Shown here piece after piece: positions 1 through 9,390 of a stretch of DNA of 39,733 bases. Numbering within the stretch: the first letter of the stretch is position 1; each line of letters opens with the position of its first letter. The stretch comes from Chloroflexota bacterium (GTDB lineage: Bacteria; Chloroflexota; Anaerolineae; B4-G1; SLSP01). Made by a program: the position numbers and the translations under genes. The DNA is taken from contig JAKJAC010000012.1 of assembly GCA_022707705.1 (NCBI GenBank), positions 1 through 39,733 of the forward strand. The letters are read 5' to 3'. The notes beneath the pieces are model-generated. The model did not search any database. It saw only the letters and a program-made list of their open reading frames with translations, and was not told the origin of the DNA.

Positions 1-41
1 CGCCTGCCGCAAAACTTTCTTCGGGATTGCAGTTTCGAAGT

Positions 42-3000
42 CTAGGGCTTGAGGTTCCTCAAGACCAAGGGGAGGAACACGTGGTACTCTGGCTGTCCTC
101 CCAGGGGGACATACCAGGCGCGAGAGTTTTCCCATTCCGCCGTTTGTGGGTAGAGCTGCCCACCCACCATGAAGCGCACCGCGCGCCCATCCAAGCCGCA
201 ACTATCGCCTGTATCGGATACCGCCATGACGCGGTAAGCCAAACCACCGGACCAGGCAACCACCGTGCCGCGACCACACGTAACACCGTTGATGGTAGTC
301 GTGACGGGCATTCCCGCCTGGGGTGTAAAACCGTCAGTTGGCGCCACTGGACCATAGAAGGTGGCGGGCGGCAACGCAGCAGCCTGTGCAGTCTGGGGGT
401 TCAACTCCCCTGGCGCGGGCACTTTGAGGAAGAGGGTGATGCTATCGGTCGCGTGAATCCAATAGCCCCGCGGTGACTCCAGATGTGTGAGATCATTCAC
501 CAGGCCCGCATACAGCGGATGCTCTGTTGTGACGGCGACATCATAAATACGCCATTGCGCCGTCGTCAGTGGATCATAGGTTGCGATCTGCGTGTAGTGT
601 CCGGCAATCGAAGCCAGCGCATCCGCAACCGTGCGGCGCGGTAAATTGAGGTAGCCGAAGAGATTCCAACCAGGACCGTGGAGCGGCACATCGAGTGTGG
701 AGAGCAGCGCATAGGTGCCCTCGCCGTTGCCGGGCATCTGTACTGTCGCTTGATTGTGGGCTGTATCCAGTGTCGTGGGCAAGCGCTGCCATGCGCTGCT
801 GCCCTCTGGCTGGAAGTAGATATGGATGGTATGTTCATAACCTTCCGGCACATCGCGCTGGTGGTAGTTGAACAAGAGCGCGCGCGGCGTATCTACGCTA
901 GAGACAAAACGGTAGCCCTTCCCCACCGGCGTCAACCAGGATGGGAGGTGGGGTAATTCACTGAGCGCCTGGAGCGAGGTGGTCCCCGCCTCGGCGAAGA
1001 AGTTGTCGGTATTGAAGATTGTCACCTGCCCATCGCCCGAAGCGACTGGCGCCCCCAACTGCCGGGAATTGGCGCCCCAGGCGCGCATATCAGCGTTCAA
1101 TCCACCACCACCGGTATTCGGACCCCAAGGAGGACTGAGGAAAATCTGCGTCAACGCTTCGCGCTGGCCCTCTTGACCCGGTACCCACACGCGCACGAAG
1201 CCCTCAAACGCGGGATCGTTCAGTGTCATCTGCCGGGTGTAAACGAGCGGGTTTCCCGGTTTGACCGTCATCGCGGCCCAAGGGGCAGTTCCCGCGCTGC
1301 CATCAGCCGCGCCGTAGGCAGGATAGACCTGTACGTTGAGGCCACTCACAGAGGTCTTCAGCGTGACCGTAATCGCCCAGGTCTCTGAGGTGACCGCATT
1401 GACGACGATGAGCGGTTGCCAGTTGCTCACTGTGGCTACTGGCACCGAACGTTGCCCCGCTTGCAACGCAGGGAGGCAGCCCATCGTCGCTACGTTGGTC
1501 GTCTCGTTGTAGGGACCGAAAACGCACAACCGGTCACCCGGCGCAGCCCCGCGCACTTTCACGCGGTCGCCACCGCCCACTGTGGCCCCCAATGCTATCA
1601 CGCTGTCATCGGTGAGCGCGCTCGTTCCCTGTGTCTGGAAGAGATAACCCTGCGCTCGGGGAACGGCAAGCAGCTCGCCCGTCGCTTTGCGGAGATCGAA
1701 GAAGGCTGGCGGCAAGGTCGTTGCCGGTGTGAGTGGCGACTGCACGCGTACCCGGGCGACTTCCAGCGGCAGCAGGCTTGGTCCTACGTTGAGTGCCACA
1801 GGCTGTACCAGATCCCCGTAGAAAGCCCGCACTGTTTCCCAATCCGTACGGTTGAGCAGGTGTGCCGCGACTGTATCCAGGCATTCTCCCACCCAACCCG
1901 TCCGTGTGAGGAACTCGCTGTAGGCGTCGTCGTAAGTGCTGGTCATGAAACTGCCGCGACAATCGGTCGAGATAGGTAGGCCGTCCTGCACACCGATGTA
2001 GTTATCCGGTAGATAAAGCAAGTAGTGCGCGAGCTCATGCGCGAAGGCTCGCTGCCAATCAGAGCTCAACTCTGCGAGGCTTTGCCCGAAGGGGTCCCAG
2101 TTCGGTCCCATGCGGATTTGCCCCGGTCCGTAGGCGTTGGTGATCACGCCGCTCACGCCCACATCGTCGCGCAATTCCGAAGTCACGCCGCCCATGCTGG
2201 CGCGCGGGCGGATACCGTTTTGCGCGTACATCACCACATCGGAGGAAATCCACTGCGCCCGTTCCTGGTGTACGCGGATTTCACCAATCGCAATCTGCCC
2301 ATCGCTCACATCGTACAGCACTTCTGACGTGCGTTTGATAGCCTCATTGAGATCAGTCAGGAAAGTGCCATCGTTGCGCGCGTCCCATTCCAGACTGAGG
2401 TCAAGGTTAAAGAGCAGCAAGGGGTGGTTCGATGCCACGTTCAACGTCTGCACGCCCAATGCGGTGACCGTATGCGCATCCAACCCCGAAGCTGTGGGCA
2501 CGCCGCTGGAATAGTAAAGCGTATACGTGTCGGTCGCCCTGATGGGTGCGATAGCCACAAGCCGGTCTCCCAGATGCAGCTCACCCCGCCCTTGAAGATA
2601 GCCCTGAGCATCGGTGAAGTAAGGTTGCCCCGCATTGTTGGCATAAGGGGCTGCACGCAACGCCCCATCCTGGAAGTGGAAAACCTGCACTTCCGCCATC
2701 GGTTGTGCGTCCTGCATAACGCGAATTTGATTTCCGCGCACGCGGAAAGGATAAGTAGTTGCTGCGGCGTAGGGCCACTGATACGGCCCCGGCACGCCAT
2801 TCTCAACCGGGGCAAAATCGGGATAGGCAACGATACGGAAGACGACGTTGTCGGAGCGTCCGAAAAAGCCGCTGGCATTCACATCCCAGGTATAGACCTG
2901 CAACGTGCCCGTGGGCCAGGGTGAGGCTTCCAGATCTTGGGTGATTACGCCGCCCGCTGCCACAGCCGGATACCATTTACCGCCGCCATCAGGTGAGAAG

Positions 3001-5342
3001 AAGGCGCGCACGTATCCCACCGGGTCACTCTCGCCATCATAAAGGTAATAGGCAATATCAATATCGCCGGAGAGGATTTCCGCAGAAGTATAGAAAGCGC
3101 CTTCGGCAGTCAGACCTGGATAGCCCATGCGAACGGTGGGTGGGGTATTTACCAACCACTTGGGCCAGCGGATATTGTTAAGATAGACCGCGTTCTGTTC
3201 GTCCATATTGCCGGCGACGATGTCGGGCAAGCCATCATCATCCATGTCGCCGATAGCCACGCTGAGTGTATTCTCGGTAGCTTCGCCAAAGGTCGCTGCC
3301 GGTGTGGTCCAGTTGAACAGACCCACACCATCATTGAGGTAGACGGCATTTTGTTCGCCGTTGTTGCCCACCACGATATCCAAATCGCTATCCGCGTCGA
3401 GGTCAGCAACCGCTACGGCATACGTCCAATCTGCACCAGGACCAAAGGGCCGGCTGATGGGGAAGCCTGCGGCGCCATCATTGAAGTAGACGAAATTCTG
3501 TTGTCCCTCGTTGCCTACGATGACATCAAGCACACCGTCAGCATTGAGGTCGCCCACTGCGACACTACGAGTCCAATCATCCTCCGGTCCAAAGGGTAAA
3601 CGGGTAGTGAAGTTGCCATGGGCATCGTTTAGGTAGACCGCATTCTGTTCATTGTAGTTGCCGGCAACGATATCGAGGTCACCGTCATTGTCCAGGTCGC
3701 CCAGTGCGAGACTGAAGGTCCACTCATCACCGATGCCAAACGGCCGTGCGGCGGCGAAAGCACCCGCGCCCGTATTCAGGTAGATCCGGTTGAAGCCGCT
3801 TTGATAGCCTGCAACCACATCGAGGTCAGTATCGCCGTCCAAATCTCCTACCACAATGGCTTGGGTCGTATCGCCAGTCGCGCCGAAGGTGGCGCCGGCT
3901 GAGAAATTCCCACTGCCATCGTTGCGATAGACACGTCCAATGGCGCCGAGATTGCCGGCAATGAGATCCAGATCATGATCGCCATCCATATCGCCCAGTA
4001 CGACGGTGGAAATCGCTCCCGCTCCTGCGCTGAAGCCGGTGGAGAACTCTCCCATGCCATCGCCTTCATACACCAGCAGGCCGCTGCCGGCATCTCCCAG
4101 CACCAGATCGAGATAACCATCGCCGGTCAGATCGCCAACAGCAACACTGCGCGTGACGTTAGTATCGGTGCCAAAGGGAAGCACCGTCGGGAAGCCGCCG
4201 CCACCATCGTTGAGGTAGATCATGTTTTGCTCGACGCTAGTCCCCACAGCGATATCCAACGCCCCATCGCCATCAAAGTCGCCGGCTGAGACTGCCTGTG
4301 CGCTATCTGACCCCGGACCAAATGTGCCCGACAGTGGAAATTCGCCGGTTCCATCGTTGAAGTAAACCTGGTTGGGCTCCAGGTTGTTGCCGACCACAAC
4401 GTCCACATCACCATCGCCATCCATATCCGCAGCTACCACGCTGGTCGTTTGAGCGGCTGTGATGTTCAGCGTAGCCCCGAGTGTAAACGTTCCCGCACCA
4501 TCATTGAGGTAGACCTCTGTCAAATCGTCATTGTTGCCCACGACGATATCCATGCTCTGATCGCCATCAAAGTCGGCAATTGCCAGACTGGCATCTTGCC
4601 CGTTGCCAAAAGTATCCAGGAGGTCGAAGGCGCCCGTCTGGTCATTGATGTACAGCCGGTTGGGACCATTGATGCTGCCGATGATGATATCCAACCAACC
4701 GTCATCATCCAGATCCGCCAGAGCTGCACTGGAGCTTGCATTTACCGCGAGTGACGCTGCCAATGTGAACGAGTTGCCCGCGTTGTTGTGGAAGATTCGG
4801 TCCGCGCCTGCCGCCGTGCTGCAGACCAGATCGAAGTAGCCATCACCGTCCACATCCCCCATTGCCACGCTGGTCATGCCATAGGTTGCACTGCCGAAGG
4901 ATATCGCTTCCGTAAAGTCGCCGGTGCCATCATTGAGATAGACCACGCCCGTGTTGTTCGCGCGAATCACGGCTACATCCAGAGCGCCATCAGCGTCGCT
5001 ATCGCCGACTGCAAGGGCGAGCACGTCGTCATTGGGATCGCCAAACGCCTGTTCAGTGGAGAAATCACCACGCCCGGCGTTGAGATAGAGGTAATTGCCA
5101 TCCTCATTCCCCGCAATGATATCCATATCGCCATCACCATCCATATCCCCAACAGCGATAGCTGAGGTCAAGCTATCGCCAGGACCGAAGGGGAGTGGTT
5201 TGACAAAACCCGGCGTGCCCGCCAGGACTTCAGGTAGGGCGATAAGGAAGAAGGTCGCCAGGATCATGGTGCTAGCCAACAGCACCGCCAACATCAACCG
5301 CCGTGTACCGTATGACTCCAGAAAAATCTCAGACGTTTTCAT
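42..5342 (-). CDS. Giant membrane-anchored FG-GAP/VCBS-repeat protein (14 repeats) with central M6/InhA-like HExxH metallopeptidase motif
   Basis: Uninterrupted 1766-aa ORF. ATG at 5342 is preceded by an AAGGAGGAG SD. N-terminal hydrophobic anchor LMLAVLLASTMILATFFLIAL. 14 copies of the [GA]D.D.DG..D..[VI].G FG-GAP signature lie at about nt 3180-5180. FAHELAHYLLYLPDNY (HELAH = nt 2025-2039) resembles the HExxH....PDxY zinc site of M6 immune-inhibitor-A peptidases. Confidence 0.8.
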   Translation of the reverse strand: MKTSEIFLESYGTRRLMLAVLLASTMILATFFLIALPEVLAGTPGFVKPLPFGPGDSLTSAIAVGDMDGDGDMDIIAGNEDGNYLYLNAGRGDFSTEQAFGDPNDDVLALAVGDSDADGALDVAVIRANNTGVVYLNDGTGDFTEAISFGSATYGMTSVAMGDVDGDGYFDLVCSTAAGADRIFHNNAGNSFTLAASLAVNASSSAALADLDDDGWLDIIIGSINGPNRLYINDQTGAFDLLDTFGNGQDASLAIADFDGDQSMDIVVGNNDDLTEVYLNDGAGTFTLGATLNITAAQTTSVVAADMDGDGDVDVVVGNNLEPNQVYFNDGTGEFPLSGTFGPGSDSAQAVSAGDFDGDGALDIAVGTSVEQNMIYLNDGGGGFPTVLPFGTDTNVTRSVAVGDLTGDGYLDLVLGDAGSGLLVYEGDGMGEFSTGFSAGAGAISTVVLGDMDGDHDLDLIAGNLGAIGRVYRNDGSGNFSAGATFGATGDTTQAIVVGDLDGDTDLDVVAGYQSGFNRIYLNTGAGAFAAARPFGIGDEWTFSLALGDLDNDGDLDIVAGNYNEQNAVYLNDAHGNFTTRLPFGPEDDWTRSVAVGDLNADGVLDVIVGNEGQQNFVYFNDGAAGFPISRPFGPGADWTYAVAVADLDADSDLDIVVGNNGEQNAVYLNDGVGLFNWTTPAATFGEATENTLSVAIGDMDDDGLPDIVAGNMDEQNAVYLNNIRWPKWLVNTPPTVRMGYPGLTAEGAFYTSAEILSGDIDIAYYLYDGESDPVGYVRAFFSPDGGGKWYPAVAAGGVITQDLEASPWPTGTLQVYTWDVNASGFFGRSDNVVFRIVAYPDFAPVENGVPGPYQWPYAAATTYPFRVRGNQIRVMQDAQPMAEVQVFHFQDGALRAAPYANNAGQPYFTDAQGYLQGRGELHLGDRLVAIAPIRATDTYTLYYSSGVPTASGLDAHTVTALGVQTLNVASNHPLLLFNLDLSLEWDARNDGTFLTDLNEAIKRTSEVLYDVSDGQIAIGEIRVHQERAQWISSDVVMYAQNGIRPRASMGGVTSELRDDVGVSGVITNAYGPGQIRMGPNWDPFGQSLAELSSDWQRAFAHELAHYLLYLPDNYIGVQDGLPISTDCRGSFMTSTYDDAYSEFLTRTGWVGECLDTVAAHLLNRTDWETVRAFYGDLVQPVALNVGPSLLPLEVARVRVQSPLTPATTLPPAFFDLRKATGELLAVPRAQGYLFQTQGTSALTDDSVIALGATVGGGDRVKVRGAAPGDRLCVFGPYNETTNVATMGCLPALQAGQRSVPVATVSNWQPLIVVNAVTSETWAITVTLKTSVSGLNVQVYPAYGAADGSAGTAPWAAMTVKPGNPLVYTRQMTLNDPAFEGFVRVWVPGQEGQREALTQIFLSPPWGPNTGGGGLNADMRAWGANSRQLGAPVASGDGQVTIFNTDNFFAEAGTTSLQALSELPHLPSWLTPVGKGYRFVSSVDTPRALLFNYHQRDVPEGYEHTIHIYFQPEGSSAWQRLPTTLDTAHNQATVQMPGNGEGTYALLSTLDVPLHGPGWNLFGYLNLPRRTVADALASIAGHYTQIATYDPLTTAQWRIYDVAVTTEHPLYAGLVNDLTHLESPRGYWIHATDSITLFLKVPAPGELNPQTAQAAALPPATFYGPVAPTDGFTPQAGMPVTTTINGVTCGRGTVVAWSGGLAYRVMAVSDTGDSCGLDGRAVRFMVGGQLYPQTAEWENSRAWYVPLGGQPEYHVFLPLVLRNLKP

Positions 5343-5483
5343 ATCTGTGTCTCCTCCTTGAAATCAACTACCGCACCACTTAGCAGATTCCGGTCCAAAT
5401 TTGCCCCCTTGCGATGGGAATCTGGACAATGCGACCACAATAGGGTAGCGTGTGAATCATTACCGGGCGATAAATAAGGCGCG

Positions 5484-6476
5484 TCAATAGAGCTCGGGCC
5501 AATCGAGGAACAAGGTTTCCAATAAGAGTCGCGTATTGGCATTTCGCAGCAAGTTTGCCTGCGCCTCGGTAAGCAAATGCAACATGCGGGTCGTGCTTGC
5601 TACATCCAACCGGGAGGCAAGCGCTTCTAAAGTCGCGCGTTGCTCCAAAAACATCAACTCTTGGGGATTTGCCTGCTGGAGCATCAGCACATCACGCCAA
5701 CCTAAACGCCAATATTCCAGCAGTTGCGATAGCCCGCCCGAGTTTTGAGCCAGTGTCTGTGCGAGTTCAAAACGCGCGGGCAAATCCATCTGCAGCAACG
5801 CAAACAACTGCCCGAGTGCGGCTTCCATTTCTTGCAGGTGCGCCGGATCGGTGAGCGCGCGCACTGCCCAGCCCATCCGCCCTCCGGAAAGCCGGGCGAG
5901 GCGCGAGGCTTCCGCCTCGCCTGCATGCCAACGTTCCACCAACGCTTGAGCGATGATAGCATCATCGAGAGGGCGCAACGGCAGGTGTTGGCTTCGTGAA
6001 ACAATGGTAGGAAGCAACGTGTCAGCATCAGTTGCTAGCAAGATCAGATGTGCATAAGCGGGAGGCTCTTCAAGTGTTTTCAACAACGCATTACCCGCAT
6101 TCAGATTCATCAATTCCAAGTCAGTAATCACGGTGATTTTGTGCGCGCCCACATTGGGCGTTAGGGAGAGAAATCTCTCCATATCGCGGATTTGTTCGAT
6201 TTTGACTCCACGACCTTCCGTTTCTGGTTCTACCAGCCCTAAATCGGGGTGATTGCCGGCAGCTGCCCGCCGGCAGGCAGAACACAAACCGCAGGGGCGC
6301 TGCAGTGGGTCGGGCGCCTCGCACAGCAACGCTTCGGCAATTGCCAAAGCCAGGGTGTGCTTCCCTATGCTCTCCGGTCCCGTGATGAGTAACGACTGCG
6401 CGACCACCCCCGCTGCTACAGCATGCTGCAGCTGTTGCACCAGCCAATTGTAGCCCACGATTCCCCAGTTTTCCAC
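5484..6476 (-). CDS. holB: DNA polymerase III subunit delta-prime
   Basis: Degenerate Walker A ITGPESIGKHTLA followed by the zinc-module-like CGLCSACRRAAAGNHPD, then TLEEPP. This is the classic clamp-loader delta-prime order. The listed TTG at 6491 is less likely than the GTG at 6476, which has GAGGAG 7 nt upstream. Confidence 0.85.
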   Translation of the reverse strand: MENWGIVGYNWLVQQLQHAVAAGVVAQSLLITGPESIGKHTLALAIAEALLCEAPDPLQRPCGLCSACRRAAAGNHPDLGLVEPETEGRGVKIEQIRDMERFLSLTPNVGAHKITVITDLELMNLNAGNALLKTLEEPPAYAHLILLATDADTLLPTIVSRSQHLPLRPLDDAIIAQALVERWHAGEAEASRLARLSGGRMGWAVRALTDPAHLQEMEAALGQLFALLQMDLPARFELAQTLAQNSGGLSQLLEYWRLGWRDVLMLQQANPQELMFLEQRATLEALASRLDVASTTRMLHLLTEAQANLLRNANTRLLLETLFLDWPELY

Positions 6477-6534
6477 GGCAGATCTCCTCAAAAATGTGTT
6501 TCAGGCTACAGCAAAAGCACCAGAGAGGCTGTAT

Positions 6535-7152
6535 TCAGTAGCATTCCGGCACGCTTGGGTTGGTGCGCTCCGTAGCGGTTGGGGGATCATCACTCCACCA
6601 TCCCTGCGCGCTATCTCTGGTAAGCCACGTCAATGTCCCGAGCATCCTATCGCGATTTTCCAGGGTCACATAAATCACCGTTGTAACAGGTCCCGGCAGT
6701 TTTTCAAGAGCTTCAGCCAGCAACTCCGGGCGGACCACAAGCACAGCCACATGGCAACAATCTGCCCTCAACAGGTTCAAAACCGGCAACCACCCCCGCC
6801 CTAATCTGAATTCCAGCGGCCCTAGTTCATCCACAATAAGCACGTCTGTGGGCAGGGCGCCCTGCAGCGATAGCAGTCCGCGGTTTAGTGCCGCCCCATC
6901 CATGCGAAAGCGCCCTAGTTCCGCCCCGGCGCCATCATCAAAGGGGAGAGTCAATGGATATTGTTCGCCGCTGTGGAGTTCCATGACCTCAAGGTCGTGA
7001 GAACCGGTGTGAATGGTGAGAAAACCGGCAACGCCTACCGTATTTTCGTGCAGGCGGGCGACCAGTTTTCGACATAGGGTGCTCTTGCCCACCTGGCGTG
7101 GACCGCTGAGCAGAATGATACGCGGCACTGGTTGAGGTTGATCAGATATCAT
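6535..7152 (-). CDS. P-loop NTPase (THEP1/COG1618-like)
   Basis: Walker A LSGPRQVGKST and Walker B-like LIVDELGPLE in a ~205-aa protein. The start was moved to ATG 7152 (MISDQPQP...) because the 30-codon upstream extension has no motif support. Confidence 0.6.
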   Translation of the reverse strand: MISDQPQPVPRIILLSGPRQVGKSTLCRKLVARLHENTVGVAGFLTIHTGSHDLEVMELHSGEQYPLTLPFDDGAGAELGRFRMDGAALNRGLLSLQGALPTDVLIVDELGPLEFRLGRGWLPVLNLLRADCCHVAVLVVRPELLAEALEKLPGPVTTVIYVTLENRDRMLGTLTWLTRDSAQGWWSDDPPTATERTNPSVPECY

Positions 7153-7256
7153 GCGCTCGATTCTACCAAAGAATGATGCGGAGTCTCTATATGCTGGTTT
7201 TCCCAACGGCGCAACGCTTCCATGCGGTAAGAAACGCCGCACGGAGAATCCCTGCT

Positions 7257-7288
7257 AAAAAAACAGGGTCGGAAAACTCCCGACCCTG
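7257..7288 (-). terminator. Rho-independent terminator of tmRNA
   Basis: On the minus strand: CAGGGTCGG-gagtttt-CCGACCCTG followed by TTTTTTT, beginning 3 nt after the tmRNA 3' end. Confidence 0.8.
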
Positions 7289-7290
7289 AG

Positions 7291-7684
7291 TGGAGATGGC
7301 GGGAATCGAACCCGCGTCCGAAGAATTCTGCAACAAGCGTCTACGAGTGTAGTCGGCGTTTTCGTTCTTGTTCGGTGGGTCGCAGCCGACCGCGCCGCAT
7401 CCGAACCAGCCGATAGTCTTGACGCGCCTTATCGGCGTAAGGCGGGCTGCGCGCTGATTTTATTACACCTTACTCCGACATACCAGCGAACTGCCGGAGG
7501 GGCGTGACCGGATTCCCGGTCAGGTCGTGGGGTCAATCACCCGCTGCTTACGCAGCGACGGCGACCGGCGCCCAGCGGTTTGCCATAGGAGTGGCATTTG
7601 TTTTTTGCTCCTGGGTTTGCGGGAACGGAGCCTCCCCGACTCGCAGCCTGCGACAAACCTTCCCCGTCGAAACCTATCATCCCC
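7291..7684 (-). ncRNA. ssrA: tmRNA (transfer-messenger RNA)
   Basis: The 5' end GGGGAUGAUAGGUUUCGACGGGG (RC of 7662-7684) and the 3' end GGACGCGGGUUCGAUUCCCGCCAUCUCCA (RC of 7291-7319) form a tRNA-Ala-like acceptor stem with a G3:U wobble. The T-arm is GCGGG-UUCGAUU-CCCGC. The internal tag frame GCA AAC CGC UGG GCG CCG GUC GCC GUC GCU GCG UAA (RC of 7548-7583) encodes ANRWAPVAVAA*. The terminal CCA is not encoded. Confidence 0.9.
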
Positions 7685-7690
7685 GCACTT

Positions 7691-7699
7691 ATTATACCA
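7691..7699 (-). promoter_or_regulatory. Extended -10 promoter element (TGGTATAAT) for tmRNA
   Basis: The RC of 7691-7699 is TGGTATAAT. The hexamer ends 6 nt upstream of the tmRNA 5' G. No good -35 is present, which is consistent with an extended -10 promoter. Confidence 0.5.
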
Positions 7700-7800
7700 C
7701 AAAATGAGGAAAATCACTCAAAGAAAAGCCATTTGCATGATGATGGGCTTGCTTTTTTCCCAAAGTTGAAACGCACCCACCGCCACCACAAAGCCAGCTT

Positions 7801-8541
7801 TTAGGAGCCTGCATGATCATATCTGCCGGCGCGGATATGGCGGCGAATGGCTAACACTTCACGGAACATCCGGTAGGCATCGCGCAGAGGATGAATGCTG
7901 CCCCCTTTGCCATAATACCAGGGAATACCAACCTCGATGATAGGGGATCCCCAACGGCGCGCAATCGCCAGTACTTCGACATCGAAGGCAAAGCCATCAA
8001 CTTTCTGAACCGCAAAAATCCGCTGTCCCACCTCACGTCGGAATGCCTTGAAGCCACACTGCGTATCCTGAATCCCCGGCACTGCCAGAACCCGGACCAT
8101 GAGATTAAAAACCCGCCCCATAAGATGCCGGTAAAAAGGTTCATTGAAGCGCCGTGCGCCAGGGGCTTCACGGGAGCCGATGGCAATATCGTAATCTTTG
8201 CCGAGGCGCTCTGGATAAAACCTGGGTAATTCCTCGATGGGCATGGCAAGGTCCGCATCACAGATGAACACATAGCGTCCATCCGCCTCGAACATTCCTT
8301 TGCGGACTGCAGCGCCTTTTCCTTGAATGGGCTGGTCTATCACGCGCAGGCAAGAATGCTCAGCAGCCACTGCCAAAGCGATGGCGCCGGTCTCGTCACG
8401 GCTATTGTTATTCACCACGAGTACATTCAGCGACGCAGACGCCGCTTCCACAAAGGCGACCACGCGCCTCAGAGTTTCAGGCAGGCGGTGTGCTTCATTA
8501 TAAGCGGGGATTACAATGGTCATTAGCGGACTTCCGCCCAT
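7801..8541 (-). CDS. GT2 glycosyltransferase, polyprenyl/dolichyl-phosphate sugar synthase-like
   Basis: MTIVIPAYNEAHRLPETL ... VVNNNSRDETG ... ICDADL is a typical GT-A family 2 N-terminus with a DxD. Start chosen at ATG 8541, which has GGAG 6 nt upstream. The listed 8610 start would overlap the upstream gene. Confidence 0.8.
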   Translation of the reverse strand: MGGSPLMTIVIPAYNEAHRLPETLRRVVAFVEAASASLNVLVVNNNSRDETGAIALAVAAEHSCLRVIDQPIQGKGAAVRKGMFEADGRYVFICDADLAMPIEELPRFYPERLGKDYDIAIGSREAPGARRFNEPFYRHLMGRVFNLMVRVLAVPGIQDTQCGFKAFRREVGQRIFAVQKVDGFAFDVEVLAIARRWGSPIIEVGIPWYYGKGGSIHPLRDAYRMFREVLAIRRHIRAGRYDHAGS

Positions 8542-8594
8542 TTTGTGCTCCAACAATTTCTCCGGTATTAGCAATTCCATCCAGAACGGACTTT

Positions 8595-9389
8595 TTACAG
8601 AGGTTCCCACCCAACAATCTGCCGCTCTCGATAGTGCGCCAGATGTGAAAAACCGGCTTCCTTTGCCAGCAACCGAGCCTGCTCGAAATGTTGACCTACT
8701 CGTTCTGGTTTATGCGCATCTGAACCGAAGACCAGAATCTCGCCGCCCAGGGCGCGGTACCGGCGCAACACGTTTAACCCAGGACAAGGTTCTGCAAGCC
8801 CGCGGGACAGAGGTGAGGTGTTGATTTCCAGGCCTTTGCCGCGTGCGATGACCGATTCAAGGACAGCATCCACAACTCCCGCGTAGTCCTCGATGGGCAG
8901 GGTCTGTTGTAGCTGCGCCCACGAGTCGCGCCTAACCAAGTCAAAATGCGCCATAACGTCAAACTCGCCTTCACGCGCCAGAATCAGCAATTCCCGGAAG
9001 TATCGCTCGTAAGCTACTTCAATCCCATCATCAAAAGCTACCGGTAACCAACCCGGAATATTATCCGCCCAATGGGTTGAGCCAAGGACATAATCCCAGG
9101 GCCAGGCTGATAAAGCCGTGCGCACTTGCTCAGAGAAGAGGTGCGGGTTGCCGATTTCAATGCCGGCAAGCACCTCAAGCGTGCCGTTCCACTGCGCTTG
9201 AAGTGCGCGCAGCTCTGCGAAATAGGCTTCGAAATTCAGGAAACCCGTCGCTTCGTCTTCTGGAATCCATTCCAGGTGGTCTGTGAAAGCAAATCCCTGC
9301 AGCCCGGTGCGATGCGCAGCCTCGGCTATTGAGGCCATCGTCGAATAGGCATCACAGGAGTGATGGGAGTGGACATGATAATCGATCAT
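8595..9389 (-). CDS. PHP-domain phosphoesterase (HisJ-type histidinol-phosphatase family)
   Basis: N-terminal MIDYHVHSHHSCDA is the canonical PHP metal motif, and later His/Asp motifs follow (GSTHW, FGSDAH). ATG 9389 lies 1 nt after the upstream gene's TAG stop. Confidence 0.75.
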   Translation of the reverse strand: MIDYHVHSHHSCDAYSTMASIAEAAHRTGLQGFAFTDHLEWIPEDEATGFLNFEAYFAELRALQAQWNGTLEVLAGIEIGNPHLFSEQVRTALSAWPWDYVLGSTHWADNIPGWLPVAFDDGIEVAYERYFRELLILAREGEFDVMAHFDLVRRDSWAQLQQTLPIEDYAGVVDAVLESVIARGKGLEINTSPLSRGLAEPCPGLNVLRRYRALGGEILVFGSDAHKPERVGQHFEQARLLAKEAGFSHLAHYRERQIVGWEPL

Positions 9390-9390
9390 A

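Noticed and set aside
27-5361. Numerous 60-190-aa ORFs on both strands overlapping the giant FG-GAP gene
   Set aside because: All are nested within the 1766-aa ORF, whose 14-fold repeat structure confirms the frame. They have no independent signals.
7504-7804. Small ORFs (65-80 aa) overlapping the tmRNA gene and its promoter
   Set aside because: The region is fully explained by the tmRNA (acceptor stem, T-arm, tag frame, terminator).
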